From NCBI GenBank assembly GCA_951406725.2, contig OX597815.1:151032001-151096000 (forward strand): a stretch of DNA of 64,000 nt. Reading direction: 5' to 3'. The notes beneath the pieces were generated by a model. That model had not been told where the DNA came from and made no database searches. It saw only the letters and a program-made list of their open reading frames with translations. A program made the translations under genes and the position numbers. Of the stretch, positions 41,453-55,770 are shown piece after piece (within the stretch, counting starts at the first letter, position 1; each line of letters starts with the position of its first letter). The stretch is from Octopus vulgaris (lineage: Eukaryota).

Positions 41453-42249
41453 CTCTATCTATCTATCTATCTATCTCTATCTGTCTATCTATCTATCTAT
41501 CTATCTATCTCTGTCTCTCTTTCTCTATCTACTTCTATCGCTCCTTGTCTCTTTTTCTTTCCCTATCAACCTCTATTTTACTCCTTCTCTCTCTCTCTCT
41601 TACTATCTGTATCTCTTTCTCTTTACCTCTCTCTACTCTGATCATTACCTCAATATGTTTCTGTCTACTTCTCTCTATTTCTCTCCCATTCTTCTCTCTC
41701 TCTTTCTCTACTTATCTACCTACCCATCTATCTCAGTCTTAATCTCTTCATTTCCAAACATCTCTCTCTCTCTCACCCTCTTTCACTTTCCATTTCTCTA
41801 TCTTTGTCTCTCACACTCTTTATTTCACAATCTCTCTCTCTCTCTCACTCTCTCTCTCTCTCTCTCTCTCCTTCTTTCTCCCTCTTTAATAGAACACTGT
41901 TCACAAGTGTTTGCGATAAATATTTGATTTGTGACAATGAAAATATTCTTCAATATATTTTATGATTTCTTGTCTGAGCTGTATTTTTTTAGAAAGCATT
42001 GCAGTAGAATCTACAGCAACGATTCTAGTACGCCACAGGTATCCATCTTACATTTACGAAGAGGTTGCAAGATCGAGAAACTGTCGCATAAATTAAATAT
42101 ATCTAGAACAGTGGTTTCCATCCGTTTTTTTGTTTTTTGTGTTTTGTTTTTTTTTACTGTAATTTATATTTTTACTCGGGTGGACCCTCATAGCTATTTG
42201 ATATTTTTTTTTTTTAATCCCATCATAATTTTATAATTAAATGGTATTG

Positions 42250-42552
42250 GGCCATGAATTACCATGGGATCGCACCTAGAAAATTCCCCTCCGAGGCACA
42301 AATCCGGGCAAGGGTGTTTATGAAAGACCAGTAGTTGCCCATGCATACTTGCTTCACTTCTCCACGTCACAGATGTTATCCAAGAGAAAGGAAAACGTAG
42401 ATAGAGTTTGGCACCAGTGAACTCGCAACTCAGTTTTACAGTTGAATGAACAGGAGCAACGTGAAATAACCACAACACACAGCCCAGTCTGGGAATCGGA
42501 CTCACTACCTTATGGTTTTGAGCCCGACGCTCTAACCGCTGAGTCATGCGCT
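42250..42552 (-). mobile_element. tRNA-headed SINE with a different 3' body
   Basis: The minus strand starts GCGCATGACTCAGCGGTTAGAGCGTCGGGC..CCGATTCCCAGACTGGGC. Confidence 0.65.
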
Positions 42553-43149
42553 CTAACTATTAGGAATTGTATACAATAATCCCTCGACTGTCGCGGGTAT
42601 TACGCTCCAAAACCTTCCACAGAAATAATTAAAATCTAAGAAAATATAAATACCTATCGGCCGCAGAAACCCGGGATATACGCTGAGAATTACGCGACAT
42701 ACAATTTACATAGATTAGCCAGAAAAATCCGTGATGTACTGAGTACGCGATACGGGAAACGTGATATGGCGAAGGTTTACTGTAATTAAAATATTTTGAA
42801 CACTGTAAAAATATAACCAATGTATTGAACGCAAACTTTAACAAAATCTTACATGGCCCCCCAAGGATCATATTGAAAACCTCTGATTTAGAGTTTCAGT
42901 TAACTGGCGCTTCGGTGGGATTTGAACTCAAACCGTGAAGAGCCAAAAGCATTTTTGTTGAACGTGGTAACGATTCTGCCATCTCACTGGCACAAGGCCA
43001 GGAATTATGAGGCGAGAGGCATGCTTTAGTAACATACCACAGCCACGTTGTTCATTCTCCGTCAGCTGAGCAATGTCTAATACTTCTCTCTGGCTAACAG
43101 CGCTAACAAAAGAATCGTTACTGATCATGTTTTTTGTTTCTTTCGCGTG

Positions 43150-43468
43150 TTGGCGCGTGGCTTATTGGTCGAGGTATTCAGATCACGATCGTACAATCAT
43201 GAGTTCGATTCCCGGCTTTGCCTTGTGCCCTTGAGCAAGACACTTTATTTCACGTTGCATCAGTCCACTCCTCTAGAAAAATGAGTAGTATCTATATTTC
43301 AAAGGGCTAGCCCTGTGACTGAATGTCCCTGAATCTGCGTGGGAACTGCGTTGAGAGTGCGCCTATCTGTGGAGCGCTCAGACACATGCACGTTAATTTC
43401 ACGAGCAAGCTGTTTCGTTGATCGGATCAACTGGAACCCTCGTCGTCGTAACCGATGGAGTGCCACTT
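43150..43468 (+). mobile_element. SINE family C variant
   Basis: Family match; ends GGAGTGCCAC. Confidence 0.75.
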
Positions 43469-43873
43469 GTTTCGTGTAGATTTATATTTTCACGTGTTAA
43501 AATGTGATATTTTTTTAACAAAGTGTACCTCTCTATATATGTTCATATAATTTTGTTTTCTATTTGATTTCTATTTGTATTTTGCGTTGTAATGTTTATT
43601 GTTATTTTTCTTTAGACCATTTCCCACTCCTTTAGAACTAGAGAAATGAACATAAATATGCGAAGTAAAAATATGCCTAAAATAGCCTTTTTTTATTTTT
43701 CATTTTTCTCTATTCCAGCATTGGGATAAAAATCCGCACATTCTGAAAGTTGCCTGTTTGGAAATAATCATAAAAAGAAAAAAAAAAAAAAACCAAAAGA
43801 AATATTTCATTCTGTAACTTCAGCAAAAATGCAATTCACTACAAGCGGTCTGGAAACGAGTCTGCTCCTTTAT

Positions 43874-43933
<60 letters not shown>

Positions 43934-43937
<4 letters not shown>

Positions 43938-44310
43938 GCCCTGAAGCAGTACCAGACAGTGGCTCTCATAGCTTTGGATCTTAACTGATTATTATCATGT
44001 TTTGGTATAAAAGATGGGCTACAGCAAATATTCTGCTCAATACCACAGATTTGCTTTCAGTTGTTTGACCTTAACCAGTTGAGCAACATCTCTTAGTGGT
44101 TGACGATGTATGCATCTCTGATCACGAGCAGAAATAGTGAGGAAGCATCATAAGTATGTGTTGAGAGGGATTATTTGGGGTTTGAATAATTCACCTCTGG
44201 AAACATGGGTGTTTCGTTCAACATCCTTAAACAACCCTTATTCAGGGACCTTTTGAGCGGGATGGGCTACTCAACCTGAAGAAAATTTTAACTGGGCCCC
44301 CATCTACAAG
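43934..44310 (+). mobile_element. TAA-associated element, partial copy 6
   Basis: Follows (TAA)n; cut off at TAGGGTGG by an unrelated sequence. Confidence 0.8.
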
Positions 44311-44764
44311 TAGGGTGGAAATGTTATTTTAATTTTTTCGAGCTTTTTTGGAGAACCCCCTGAAAAGTTGTAGTTAGGGTCACAAAACAACGATATAAAC
44401 GTTTTTTCGACTTCGATTTTGGCAACCTCCTGTACATACCCATTGGAGTTTGAAGCTTCTCCTCAAAATAGGGGTAAATACTAATTTAATCAATTTAAGA
44501 CCCCTTAGTGCTCGTAAATATTTTAGCTTAGCGTGAGTTTTTTAATACGCTGAATCCAAAAATAATATTAATTTTGGAATTTGATTTTCCAGTATGGCAG
44601 AAATCCAAAGTAGCGACCAAAACACACAATTATTTAATGAAATCAGAAATTATTACCAAGAATGTCATGTGATATGTCTTTTTATATGTTTTTGAAGTCA
44701 TAGAACACGAATTTGATGTGGAATAAACAGCTTAATAACAAATAATTCAGTAATTTAATTTTGC

Positions 44765-45712
44765 AATCCATAAATAGGAAATATCACCCGAATACCTGAT
44801 ACACAAAAGGGAGAGAGATGCAGGAAGAGCAGTAAAATGTGACAACCGATGCAGATTTTGTGGAGTTAACACCAAATATATCACCCACATCGTAAGCATT
44901 TGTCCGAAAATGTCATCACGGTATTATCTACCGATGAGACAAGATGTTGTAGCTAGGACACTCTGTAATTAAATCGTCGGAAGGATAACCCCGAGGACAA
45001 AGAAATAAAAACCCACAATATGGTAGAAGCCATAGCCACTCATAATGAAAAGGAATACTGGTGGAATGTACCAGTGAAGACCTCAATAAAATGTAAGCAC
45101 AACAGACCTGATATAATGATTTGGGACAGAGTAGAGAAACTACATGCAAAAAACTGTGTATAGTTGTGGAAATTAGCTGTTCATCGGATGTTAACATCAA
45201 ACTGCAAATCAGTGAAAAAGAGAACACTTATATTGTTGAACTATTGAGAAATCTGCGGTTATTCCATCCTGATTACAAGTTCAGGTTTATACCTGTAATT
45301 ATTGGGGCCCTGGCATATGTAACACACTGCCAAAATACCAATCTTGAGAAATTGGGCTTCACAGGACCAGAAAGGAGAAAGCTAATTCGAAGACTACAGA
45401 TCCAATCCATCACTGGAACTGCAACAATCTGTAAAACTTTCCTGAAGTTTATCATTTAAATATACATGAGCATGTCTAGACATGCAGCTATATGCATGAG
45501 AATGCATACATAAAACAAAATATACAAATCTGCGCATATACATACATACATACGCACATACATACGTACATACATACGTACATACATGCGTACATACATA
45601 CAGACAAAAATCCTGTTGTTGATGTTGAAATTCCAATGAAGGAGCCTTGAATCTAGGTTTAAGATCAGCTCTCTCTATTAGCAAGAAATTTTGAAATAAA
45701 ACTGAACAATGA
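44765..45712 (+). mobile_element. RLE-type LINE 3' fragment, third family, ending in (CATA)n
   Basis: CRFCGVNTKYITHIVSICP (CCHC), MRQDVVAR, WWNVPVKTSIKCKHNRPDIMIWD, VVEISCSSDVN..EKENTY, IPVIIGAL. Confidence 0.85.
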
Positions 45713-45798
45713 CATACATACATACAATCATACGTAAATACATGCACGCATACATACATACATACATACATACATACATACATACATACATACATACA

Positions 45799-45829
<31 letters not shown>

Positions 45830-46060
45830 CTATTTCTTTACTACCCACAAGTGGCTAAACACAGAGAGGACAAACAAGGACAGACAAACGGATTAAGTCG
45901 ATTACATCGACCCCAGTGCGTAACTGGTACTTAATTTAACGACCCCGAAAGGATGAAAGGCAAAGTCGACCTCGGCGGAATTTGAACTGAAAACGTAACG
46001 GCAGACGAAATACGGCTATGCATTTCGCCTGGCGTGCTAACGTTTCTGCCAGCTCGCCGC
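45830..46060 (-). mobile_element. SINE family B, full length
   Basis: Family match. Confidence 0.85.
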
Positions 46061-46849
46061 ATACATATCGCGATACATACATATCGCGATCTGTGTACCA
46101 TTCTAAGTGCATCCAGACGGTTAGAAGGCATGAGGTTGTGGAGTTGCCTGAAATAAAATTTCTGCAAAGCCTCAGTGTGTTCAAAACTTAAAAAGAAAAG
46201 CACAATGAACGAAACCAAGATCATCGATGCAGTAACTCGCGAGAACAGCAGACGCGCTTTGCCTTTGCTGATGCTTTTCAATGCAATTAACACAAATAAC
46301 ACAATTCATATATATATGTACAAGCGAGACCCGTGAATATTTCTCGGAATTAATGGTAAACTTACTGGGTTATTTCTGAAAACTTAATTCAAACATCTGA
46401 AAGCGTAACCTGTGTTGTGTCTGTATCACAAGATAATCGCTCATCTGTTAATCATTGAAAAGTGAAGGAAATTGGAATACAATGATTACTTAATGTACTT
46501 TATATATACACTTTATATACTTTATGCACAATTTTATAGACTTTATACACAGCACTCTCCCTCTTTCTCTCTCACTCTTCGCCTTACCCACTTTTTCCCT
46601 CTCCTTTTTTATTTCGCTCTTCGCTTTTCCTTTCAACTAATCGCGTGAAAGTGTTACAGACGGGCTGAGTAACGGAGGAAAAGCTTAGTTGCCAAAAAAA
46701 ATGATTGCACATTTCACTCACCACCTCTCCCTCCCCTTCCATTTCTCTCCTGCCATCAGCTTCCCCTTGCCCGCCTTCTTTTCCCCCTTCAACTAATCAC
46801 GTGGAAGCGCTACGGACGGGCTAAATAACGAAGGGACAAGCAAAATGAT

Positions 46850-46887
<38 letters not shown>

Positions 46888-46890
46888 TGT

Positions 46891-47190
46891 GGAGGCATAT
46901 GGCCAACTGGTTAGAGCAGCTGACTCGCGGTCGAGGGACCGCGGGTTCGAATCTCAGACCAGGCAATGTTTTTTGTTTATGAGCGAAACACCTAATCTCT
47001 ACGCGGCTCCGGCAGAAGGTAATGGCGAACTTCTGCTGACTCTTTCGCCACAAATTTCTCTCACTCTTTCTTCCTGTATCTTGCAGCTCACCTGCGACGG
47101 ACCGGCGTTCCGTCCAAGTGGGGAACCTATACGCCAAGGAAACCGGGAAACGGGTCCTTATGAGCCAGGCATGGCTCGAGAAGGAACAAA
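46891..47190 (+). mobile_element. SINE family C subfamily (3' end shared with 60671-60955)
   Basis: tRNA-like head; AAACCGGGAAAC..ATGAGCC.GGC tail. Confidence 0.8.
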
Positions 47191-47291
47191 CAGTATATAA
47201 ATATATCCTTTATGTTTTACTTATTTCAGCCACTGCGGCCAGGCTGGGGCGCCGTCCTGAAGAATTTTAGTCGAATGAATTTACCCCAATA

Positions 47292-47339
<48 letters not shown>

Positions 47340-47342
<3 letters not shown>

Positions 47343-47629
47343 AAATAAGTCAAAATAGAAAATGCTAAAATAATTTTATAAAGAACATTTCAGTCATTTT
47401 GAGACCTTTTCAACTGTAACGATTAAATAATTAAATTTAGAAAAATTAAAAGAAATGTTTTTTTAAAGGAATATTTGTATAGTGTTCAAATATAAGTAGC
47501 ATTTTCCTTGTTTCTGCCTTGCTCTGTCTCTCTTGTTCACACTTGTGAATTCTTGGTAGGGAAGAAGAAGAAGAAGAAGAAGAAGAAGAAGAAGAAGAAG
47601 AAGAAGAAGAAGAAGAAGAGGAAGTAGAA

Positions 47630-47683
<54 letters not shown>

Positions 47684-48683
47684 GAAGGGGAAGAAGAAGA
47701 AGAAGAAGAAGAAGAAGAAGAAGAAGAAGAAGAAGAAGAAGAAGAAGAAAGAGGAAGGAGAATATGAATGAGTGGAAGTAGTGAGGTGTTGTATGACTTA
47801 AAGTTGGCACGTTATGGGTTATAGCTGTGACTGGGGCTGATTTGTAGTGGATTCTTAGGAATGTAATATTTGCGTGTGTATTTGTGTTATTCTAAAGCAG
47901 AGGGGTATATATCGTTTGTCGTAGACCCGTTCAGAAGGGGCTTATATTTTGTAATAAAGATAGTTTCTTTACTTATTCGTTGGCTCGAGGTTGTATCGTC
48001 CCTGAATTGGTAGAGGGGAGAAAATCCTGAAGTTTGGTGTTTTGTTGTTGGCGCAAGTATCTATGTGTTGGCTGAATGTTATTTTTCTGTTTTGGGGAAT
48101 TTTTATCTGGGATCTGTGCAGGGCCATTCTTTTACGCAAGCTATTTTTCGTTTGGCCTATGTACTGCTCTTGACACCCAGAACAGGTTAGTGTGTATATC
48201 AGGTTCTCCGAAGCACATGTGAAGTTGCTTTTCACTGTAAACCGTTGTCCCTGTTTGAAGGAGAACTCTGATCCTTCAATTAGATAATCGCATATTCCGC
48301 AATTGGGTCTTCCACATTTTTTTACTGTCGGCTTTTGTGTTGTAGAGTGTATTCGGGTTTGTGTTAGGAGACTTTTCATAGATTTAGGCTGTCTCTTGCT
48401 TTTAATGATCGTGTGTGTTTGGAGGATTGTGTTCATTCTGTGGTCTTTTTTTAGCAGGGGTATGTTTTGGAGGATGGTGTCGAAGGCTTCATTGTTGAGA
48501 GGGTTGTGTGGGGAGATGTATGGTAAGGGTTTTGGTCGTAAATTTTTCTTTGATTTGGGATGTCTGAGTTCCTGGATGTTGAGTTGGAGGGCACGTTGAA
48601 TGCATATGTCAATAAGCGAAGGTGGATAGTTCCTGGTAATGAGGGTATCTTTTAGTTCTTGTAGTCGTGTGTCTCTGGTGTTT
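47340..48683 (-). mobile_element. 5'-truncated Penelope-like element (GIY-YIG), related to 36130-37660
   Basis: RLQELKDTLITRNYP..KKCGRPNCGIC..NLIYTLTCSGCQEQYIGQTKNSLRKRMALH. It has a frameshift near 48015, and its pLTR ends at (TA)n. Confidence 0.9.
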
Positions 48684-48812
48684 GCAAAAAATAAGAAAAT
48701 AAGAAAATCAAACAACACGCAAACACCGATACACACCTGTCTAAAAATCGGAACCATCACTACTATCAAAAAAAGAATACAGGACCTAACCCTAACTTTG
48801 TAGGCCCGCCTA

Positions 48813-50846
48813 AAACGTCCCGCCTAAAAACAACACTGATGGAGATCGAAAAGAGGCTGCAACAATCCTATGTGAAGGAGAAAGCAGACAAAGAAGCCTG
48901 GGTTATAAAAAACATTAAATCAAACCCAAAGGCCTTCTTTCATTACGCGAAAGAAACAGTCTCAGTGCACTACAAGATAGGACCCCTCCTCCAAAAGGAT
49001 GACTCCCTCACAGACAGTCCAACTATGATCAGTGAGATGCTGAATGACCAGTTCAAAAGTGTCTTTACCACCCCGCTGGAACACAGACAAGTGAACGAAC
49101 CAGTGGACTTCTTTGCCGCCTCACCTATAAACAGCGAGGCGGTTACAATAGAATGTATTGACATTAGCGAAAAAGATGTCCTACTAGCCATAGATGAAGT
49201 GGACACAAACTCAGCTGCTGGTCCAGACGGTTTCCCAGCCATCCTCCTCAAAGCGTGGAAGCATGCCCTGGCAAAACCCCTCAAGATTCTCTTCCAGAGC
49301 TTTCTTGCGAATGACAAACTGCCAAGCAAGCTGAAGGAGGGAATAATATGCCCAATACATAAAGGGGGAAGTAGAGCTGATGCCAAAAACTATAGGCCTA
49401 TCTCTCTGACTTCACACATCAGCAAAGTCATGGAACGGATAGTCAGAAAGAAACTAATCGCATTCCTTGAGGAAAATAACTTGCTGAGTGATACCCAGCA
49501 TGGTTTTCGACCAGGTAGGAGCTGCCTGACCCAGCTCTTACAGCATTATGACTGGGTGTTGAGGCAGTTACTCAAAAAATCTAATGTGGACGTAATCTAC
49601 CTTGATTTTGCAAAAGCTTTTGACATGGTGGATCATGGTATGATATGCCACAAACTGCGTGACCTCGGCATAGCTGGAAAACTTGGAGTGTGGTTGCATG
49701 ACTTCCTGAAAGATAGGAGTCGGGCAGTAGTGGTTAATGGAGCCACCCCTATGAACACACAAATAGTGAGCGGTGTTCCACAGGGCACTGTCTTGTGACC
49801 ACTGCTTTTTATAGTGGCCCTCTCAGATATGCCCTCAAATGCCCGGATAGCCACTCTGGCCAGCTATGCAGACGATACGAAAGTCTCGCAGAAAATACAG
49901 AACCCCAGCGATGTTGCACACCTGCAGCAGGAGTTGGACTCAATCTACAGATGGGCTGAGGATAATAATATGCAGTTTAATGCTGAAAAATTCCAGGCCC
50001 TGCGCTACCAGCATCAAAAACTGAATATTAAACTTACAGGATACACCGGTTCACGGAATTTCAATCCCAGAGCCTAAGTCTGTGAGGGACCTGGGTATCG
50101 ACATGAGTGATGATACCTCTTTCCAAGTGCACATTACCAGGATGGCGACAAAGTGCAGACGACTGGCTGGGTGGATCCTAAGAACATTCAGAACCAGAGA
50201 TAAGGAAACCATGATGGTCCTCTGGCGGACATTCGTCCTCAGCCGCCTGGATTACTGCTCACAGCTATGGTCACCCACCAGTGTAAAATTAACAGCGGAC
50301 CTCGAAGCAATCAAGAGAAGATTCACAAAGAAGATCGTCTCTTTGCAACAGCTCATCTACTGGGAAAGGTTGAAACAGCTAAGACTCTACTCCCTGGAGA
50401 GAAGACGGGAGAGGTATGCAGTAATATATGTCTGGAAGATCCTGGAAGGAATTGTGCCAAATTTTGGCATTGTAAGCTACACCAATGCTAGAACGGGACG
50501 ACACTGCATAGTGCCAAAGATCCCAGTAATGCCATCACGCTTCAGGACCAGCTTCTGCAACAGCCTGGGTTTCAAGGGCCCACAACTTTTTAATATTCTC
50601 CCAAAGAGTCTGAGGAACTTGCACAAAGTAGATGTAGCGGATTTTAAATCAAAGCTGGACATCTTCCTGTCAAGAGTCCCAGATGAACCTACCTCACGGC
50701 AAGAGGTGCAAATGAGAGTAGCTATATCAAACTCCATTCTTCACCAAGTGCCACATATTAGACGAGGTTCGTCGTAATAACAGTGTAGCACAAAACGGCG
50801 GTGCATCAGCATGGCCGTAGCTCTGAGCTGAAACTAGAAAAAAAAT
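48813..50846 (+). mobile_element. 5'-truncated CR1/L2-type LINE, ORF2 RT pseudogene with 3' tail
   Basis: AAGPDGFP, NYRPISLTS, QHGFRPGRSC, YLDFAKAFD, SGVPQGTVL*PLLF, YADDTK, RDLGI, LYSLERRRER. One stop (49796) and one frameshift (~50070). Confidence 0.95.
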
Positions 50847-50916
50847 TTGGTAGAATTATATTGAATTTTTTCCCTGTAAGTTAGGATTCATATTGCTCAA
50901 ATAATTATATATATTT

Positions 50917-51023
<107 letters not shown>

Positions 51024-51053
51024 TAGATATAGATATAGATACAGATATAGATA

Positions 51054-51109
<56 letters not shown>

Positions 51110-51110
<1 letters not shown>

Positions 51111-51492
51111 ATGCATCTCTGATCGCGAGCAGAAGTAGTGGGGGAGCATCATAGCTATGTGTTGAGAAGAATTTTTTGGGGGTTTGAATAATTCACCTCT
51201 GGAAACATGGGCATTTTGTTCAACATCCTTAAACAACCCTTATTCAGGGACCTTTTGAGCGGGATGGGCTACTCAACCTGGAGAAGAAAATTCTAACTGG
51301 GCCCCACCTGCAAGGTCATGCGCTGTTTATCTTGATACGAGATCACCATTGTGCGCACATATGGTTGTAATGCATGTGCCTGGTATACCCTTATCAGACG
51401 GGTAGTCATAATGAGTATACTAGGTTTCGTATACTAGGTTTCGTATATTTAACCACAGTGTCACTCTGATGGCATGCACTGCTCTCTCACTC
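51110..51492 (+). mobile_element. TAA-associated element, partial copy 7
   Basis: Ends GCTCTCTCACTC-AATAATAA as in copy 1. Confidence 0.8.
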
Positions 51493-51547
51493 AATAATAA
51501 CAAGAAGAAGAAGAAGAAGAAGAAGAAGAAAAAGAAGAAGAAGAATG

Positions 51548-51635
<88 letters not shown>

Positions 51636-51927
51636 TAATAATGATAAAAACTAGCCGACGGGGAAGCCTCTACGTGGTTACGCAGCATGCTAGAAAAAGT
51701 TAGTGAACTCTTCCCCAAACCACATTACACCGTTTAAAAGAGAGGAAGAACCTATTAAATAAATGTTTCTCTTGATACATTGGAATGTCTTTTTTCACTA
51801 GAGTTGTCCTGGAGCTAAACCATACCAGCACTATGTCTGATTAATTCCATATAAATATACGTACACACACGCACACACGTGCACATGCACACGCAGACAC
51901 ATGTGTATATTTATATACATGTATAAG

Positions 51928-51983
<56 letters not shown>

Positions 51984-52016
51984 CATATATATATACACAC
52001 AAACACACACATGTAC

Positions 52017-52054
<38 letters not shown>

Positions 52055-53211
52055 ACATATATATATATATGTATACATATATATATGTATACATATATAT
52101 ACGCACACATCTACATATGTATATATATATATATATATACATGTATATATACATGTATATATATGCACACATATGTAATATATATGCACATATATATATA
52201 TATACACATATATACACATATATAAACATATATATATGTATATATATATATGTGCGTATATATATATATGTGTGTATATATATATATACACATATACATA
52301 TACATACACACACACACGCACATATATACATATATATATATATATATATATGTACATACAAGTAATATATATGCATACACACACACGCACACATACACAC
52401 GTATTCCTATTAGTTTCTTATTCTATAAAATATCGGAGACAGTGCTTTTATTTATTTTTTTTTTTTGATGCAGTCAAAGAAACGGAAAAGTTTGCACCAC
52501 GTGATGCTAACACGTGGTAGGTTAATGAAATTTCCAAATGTGGCAGCTGTGAGAAATCTTTCCCTAATGTCACGACTTCAATTTCTTTCACTAATTAATC
52601 AATTAGACACCCCTAACACATCAATAGGCAATATATACCGTCGAAGAAAATGTCACAGGCGTGATTCTCCTCGTCTGTTATATTCAATTTAGCTTTGGTG
52701 GGAGGCTCAAGGTATGACAATCACTCATCAGCGTTGTTCAACGGGGGTAAACATTCTTTGTGCGTATGTGTATGTGTGTATGTGCTTATGAATGCTTGTG
52801 CGTTTATGTGAGTGTTTGTGTATAGTTGTGGGGATGTGTGCGTGTATGTATGTGTGTACGTGTTTGATATAGATTTATAATATGCACATATATGATGCAT
52901 ATTATGTATTTACATGTACACATAATAAGTATAATGTATATAAATATATAATATATATACATTTATAATATTTATACACATACATATATAGATAAATAGA
53001 TAGATAAATAGATAAAGAGATAGGCAGACAACACACACACACACACACAAACACGGACAAATAGATAGATAGACAGACAGACAGACAGAGACAGACATGT
53101 ATATGAATAAGAATATGTGTGTATGTACATATATATGTGCATATATATATATAGAGAGAGAGAAAGCGAGAAAGAGAGAGATATATGCACACGCATACAT
53201 ACATACATACA

Positions 53212-53247
<36 letters not shown>

Positions 53248-53263
53248 TAAAGGTGTATGTGTG

Positions 53264-53315
<52 letters not shown>

Positions 53316-53451
53316 GATAAAGAAAGAGAGAGAGGGAGAGGTACGCATATATATATATATATATATGTGTGTATATATATATGGCGGTGCCCCAGCATGG
53401 CCACAGCTCATAGGCTGGAACTGGAATCAATCAATCAATCAATCAATCATA

Positions 53452-53523
<72 letters not shown>

Positions 53524-53944
53524 GTGTGCGCGCGCGACATGTGTGTGTAACATATTTGTACGAACGTGTTCGTGTCATCTGGCAATATCGGACGCAATTT
53601 CTATACTTCTGCTCAATGCGGTATTTAGCTCAATGCGGTATTTGTTTCGGTTCTATGCGTTCTGAGTTCAAATCCCACTGGGGTCAACTTGGCTTTCAAC
53701 CTTCGAAGGTCGATAAATGAAGTACCCGTTAAATACTTGGACTCCATTCTCCTCCGCCTCTCAGTATCTTTCTCTTTTCTTTTCCTCTCTCTCCCTTCTC
53801 TCTCTCTCTCTCTCTCTTCGTCTCCCATATTTCTCCTCTGTCTCTCCCCATCCCTCTCTCACTCTCACTCTTTCTCCCCCTCTTCCTGTCTTCCTCTTGA
53901 CATCGTTTACATTGCACTGTGCTACAGCGAGCCGCTAATAGTTA

Positions 53945-54797
53945 TTTCTACTCTAAGCACAAGGCCTTGAAAATTGGGGAGAAGGGGCCAGTCGATTAGA
54001 TCGACCCCAGTACGCAATTGGTACTTAATTTATCGACCCCGAAAGAATGAAAGGCAAAGTCGAACCCGGCGGAATTTGAACTCAGGGCGTAAAGACGGTC
54101 AAAATGCCGCTAAGCATTTTGCCCAGCGTTCTAACGGTTCAGCCAGCTCGCCGCCTTCAAGTAATAATAATAATCTTTTCTACCATAGGTACAAGGCCTG
54201 AAATTTTGGAGTTGGGGATAGTCGATGTAATCAACCCCAGTGCGTAACTGGTACTTATTCCATCGTCCCCGAAAGGATGAAAGGCAAAGTCGACCTCCAC
54301 GGAATTTGAACTCAGAACGTAGCGGCAGAAGAAATACCTATTTCTTTACTACCCACAAGGGGCTAAACACAGAGAGGACAAACAAGGACAGACAAACGGA
54401 TTAAATTGATTATATCGTCCCCAGTGCGTAACTGGTGCTTAATTTCTCGACCCCGAAAGGATGAAAGGCAGAGTCGACCTCGGCGGAATTTGAACTCAGA
54501 ATGTAACGGCTAAGCATTTCGCCCGGCGCGCTAACGTTTCTGCCAGCTCGCCGCCCTTAAAGACGAAATGCCTATTTCCTTACTACCCACAAGGGGCTAA
54601 ACACAGAGAGGACAAACAAGGACAGACAAACCGATTAAGTCGATTATATTGACCCCAGTGCGTAACTGGTACTTATTTAATCGACCCCGAAAGGATGAAA
54701 GGCAAAGTTGACCTTGGCGGAATTTGAACTCAGAACGTAACGGCAGACAAAATACCGCTAAGCATTTCGCCCGGCATGCTAACGATTCTGCCAGCTG
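53945..54797 (-). mobile_element. Tandem cluster of four SINE family B units
   Basis: The core GAAAGGCA(A/G)AGT occurs at about 54050, 54280, 54465 and 54700. Confidence 0.85.
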
Positions 54798-55770
54798 TGA
54801 ACCACCAATCGTGGCACTCCGTCGGTTACAACGGCGAGGGTTCCTGATTGTGAGTTCAATTCCAGGTAGTGCCTTGAATAAATAATAATAATAGAAAAAT
54901 TTATATTTTCTATTTTATGATTATTGTACGTTTAAAAAATGTCAAGGAGTTTGCTGTAAACGTATTTTTCTTTGATTTGTAATAGAAATAAATTAATTAA
55001 ATGGAATTGAATTGCTCTAGGTGATAAGGATAAGGACAGGCTTATATTTTAATTAAGAGTTTAACACATTATAACATTTAACCTTTGAAACTTGATAATT
55101 AATTAAAAAGAGAGGAGGGAAATATTTTCTATAAAACACACACAAAAGAATGATTTCTAACATAAGTACAAAACGATAAGATTTGATGGAAAGGGGTTAA
55201 TCGATTTTATCGATCATATAACTAGACTGCTATTTTAATCAACCTCAGAAGGACGAGAAGCAAAGGTGATCTCAACGAAATTTGAACTGAGAACGTTAAG
55301 ATCCGTTACTAAATGCCACAAGCCAATTTGTCCGACGCTCTACAGATTCAACCAATCTATTTATCTATTTAACCGTATTTTATGAACCCCAGCAGAGTGG
55401 AATGCAAGGTCGATCTCAGTCAGATTTGAACACACAGCATTAAAAACCGTAAGTCAATACTGCAAGGAAATACGTCTGACATTTTAAAGAATTTCTTTGC
55501 TAACTGGCAGAGTCGTTAGAGTATCGAACAGAATGCCATACGGTGTTTGTTTCGATTCCTGGCATTTCTTTCTTTTACCTTTCTATTATTTTTTTTTACT
55601 TGTTTCAGTCATTAGGCTGCGGCCATGCTGGGGCACCGCCTTGAGGAATCTTAATCGAATGAACCGACCTTTTCTTTTTTCTTAAGAGCCTGGTGCTTAT
55701 TTTCTTTTGTCGAACCGCTAAGTTGCGGGGACGTAAAATACCAACACCGGTTGACAAGTACAAGTAGGTA

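Noticed and set aside
53945-54797. Regularly recurring repeats resembling a CRISPR array
   Set aside because: They are tandem SINE units in eukaryotic DNA, with no unique spacers or cas genes.
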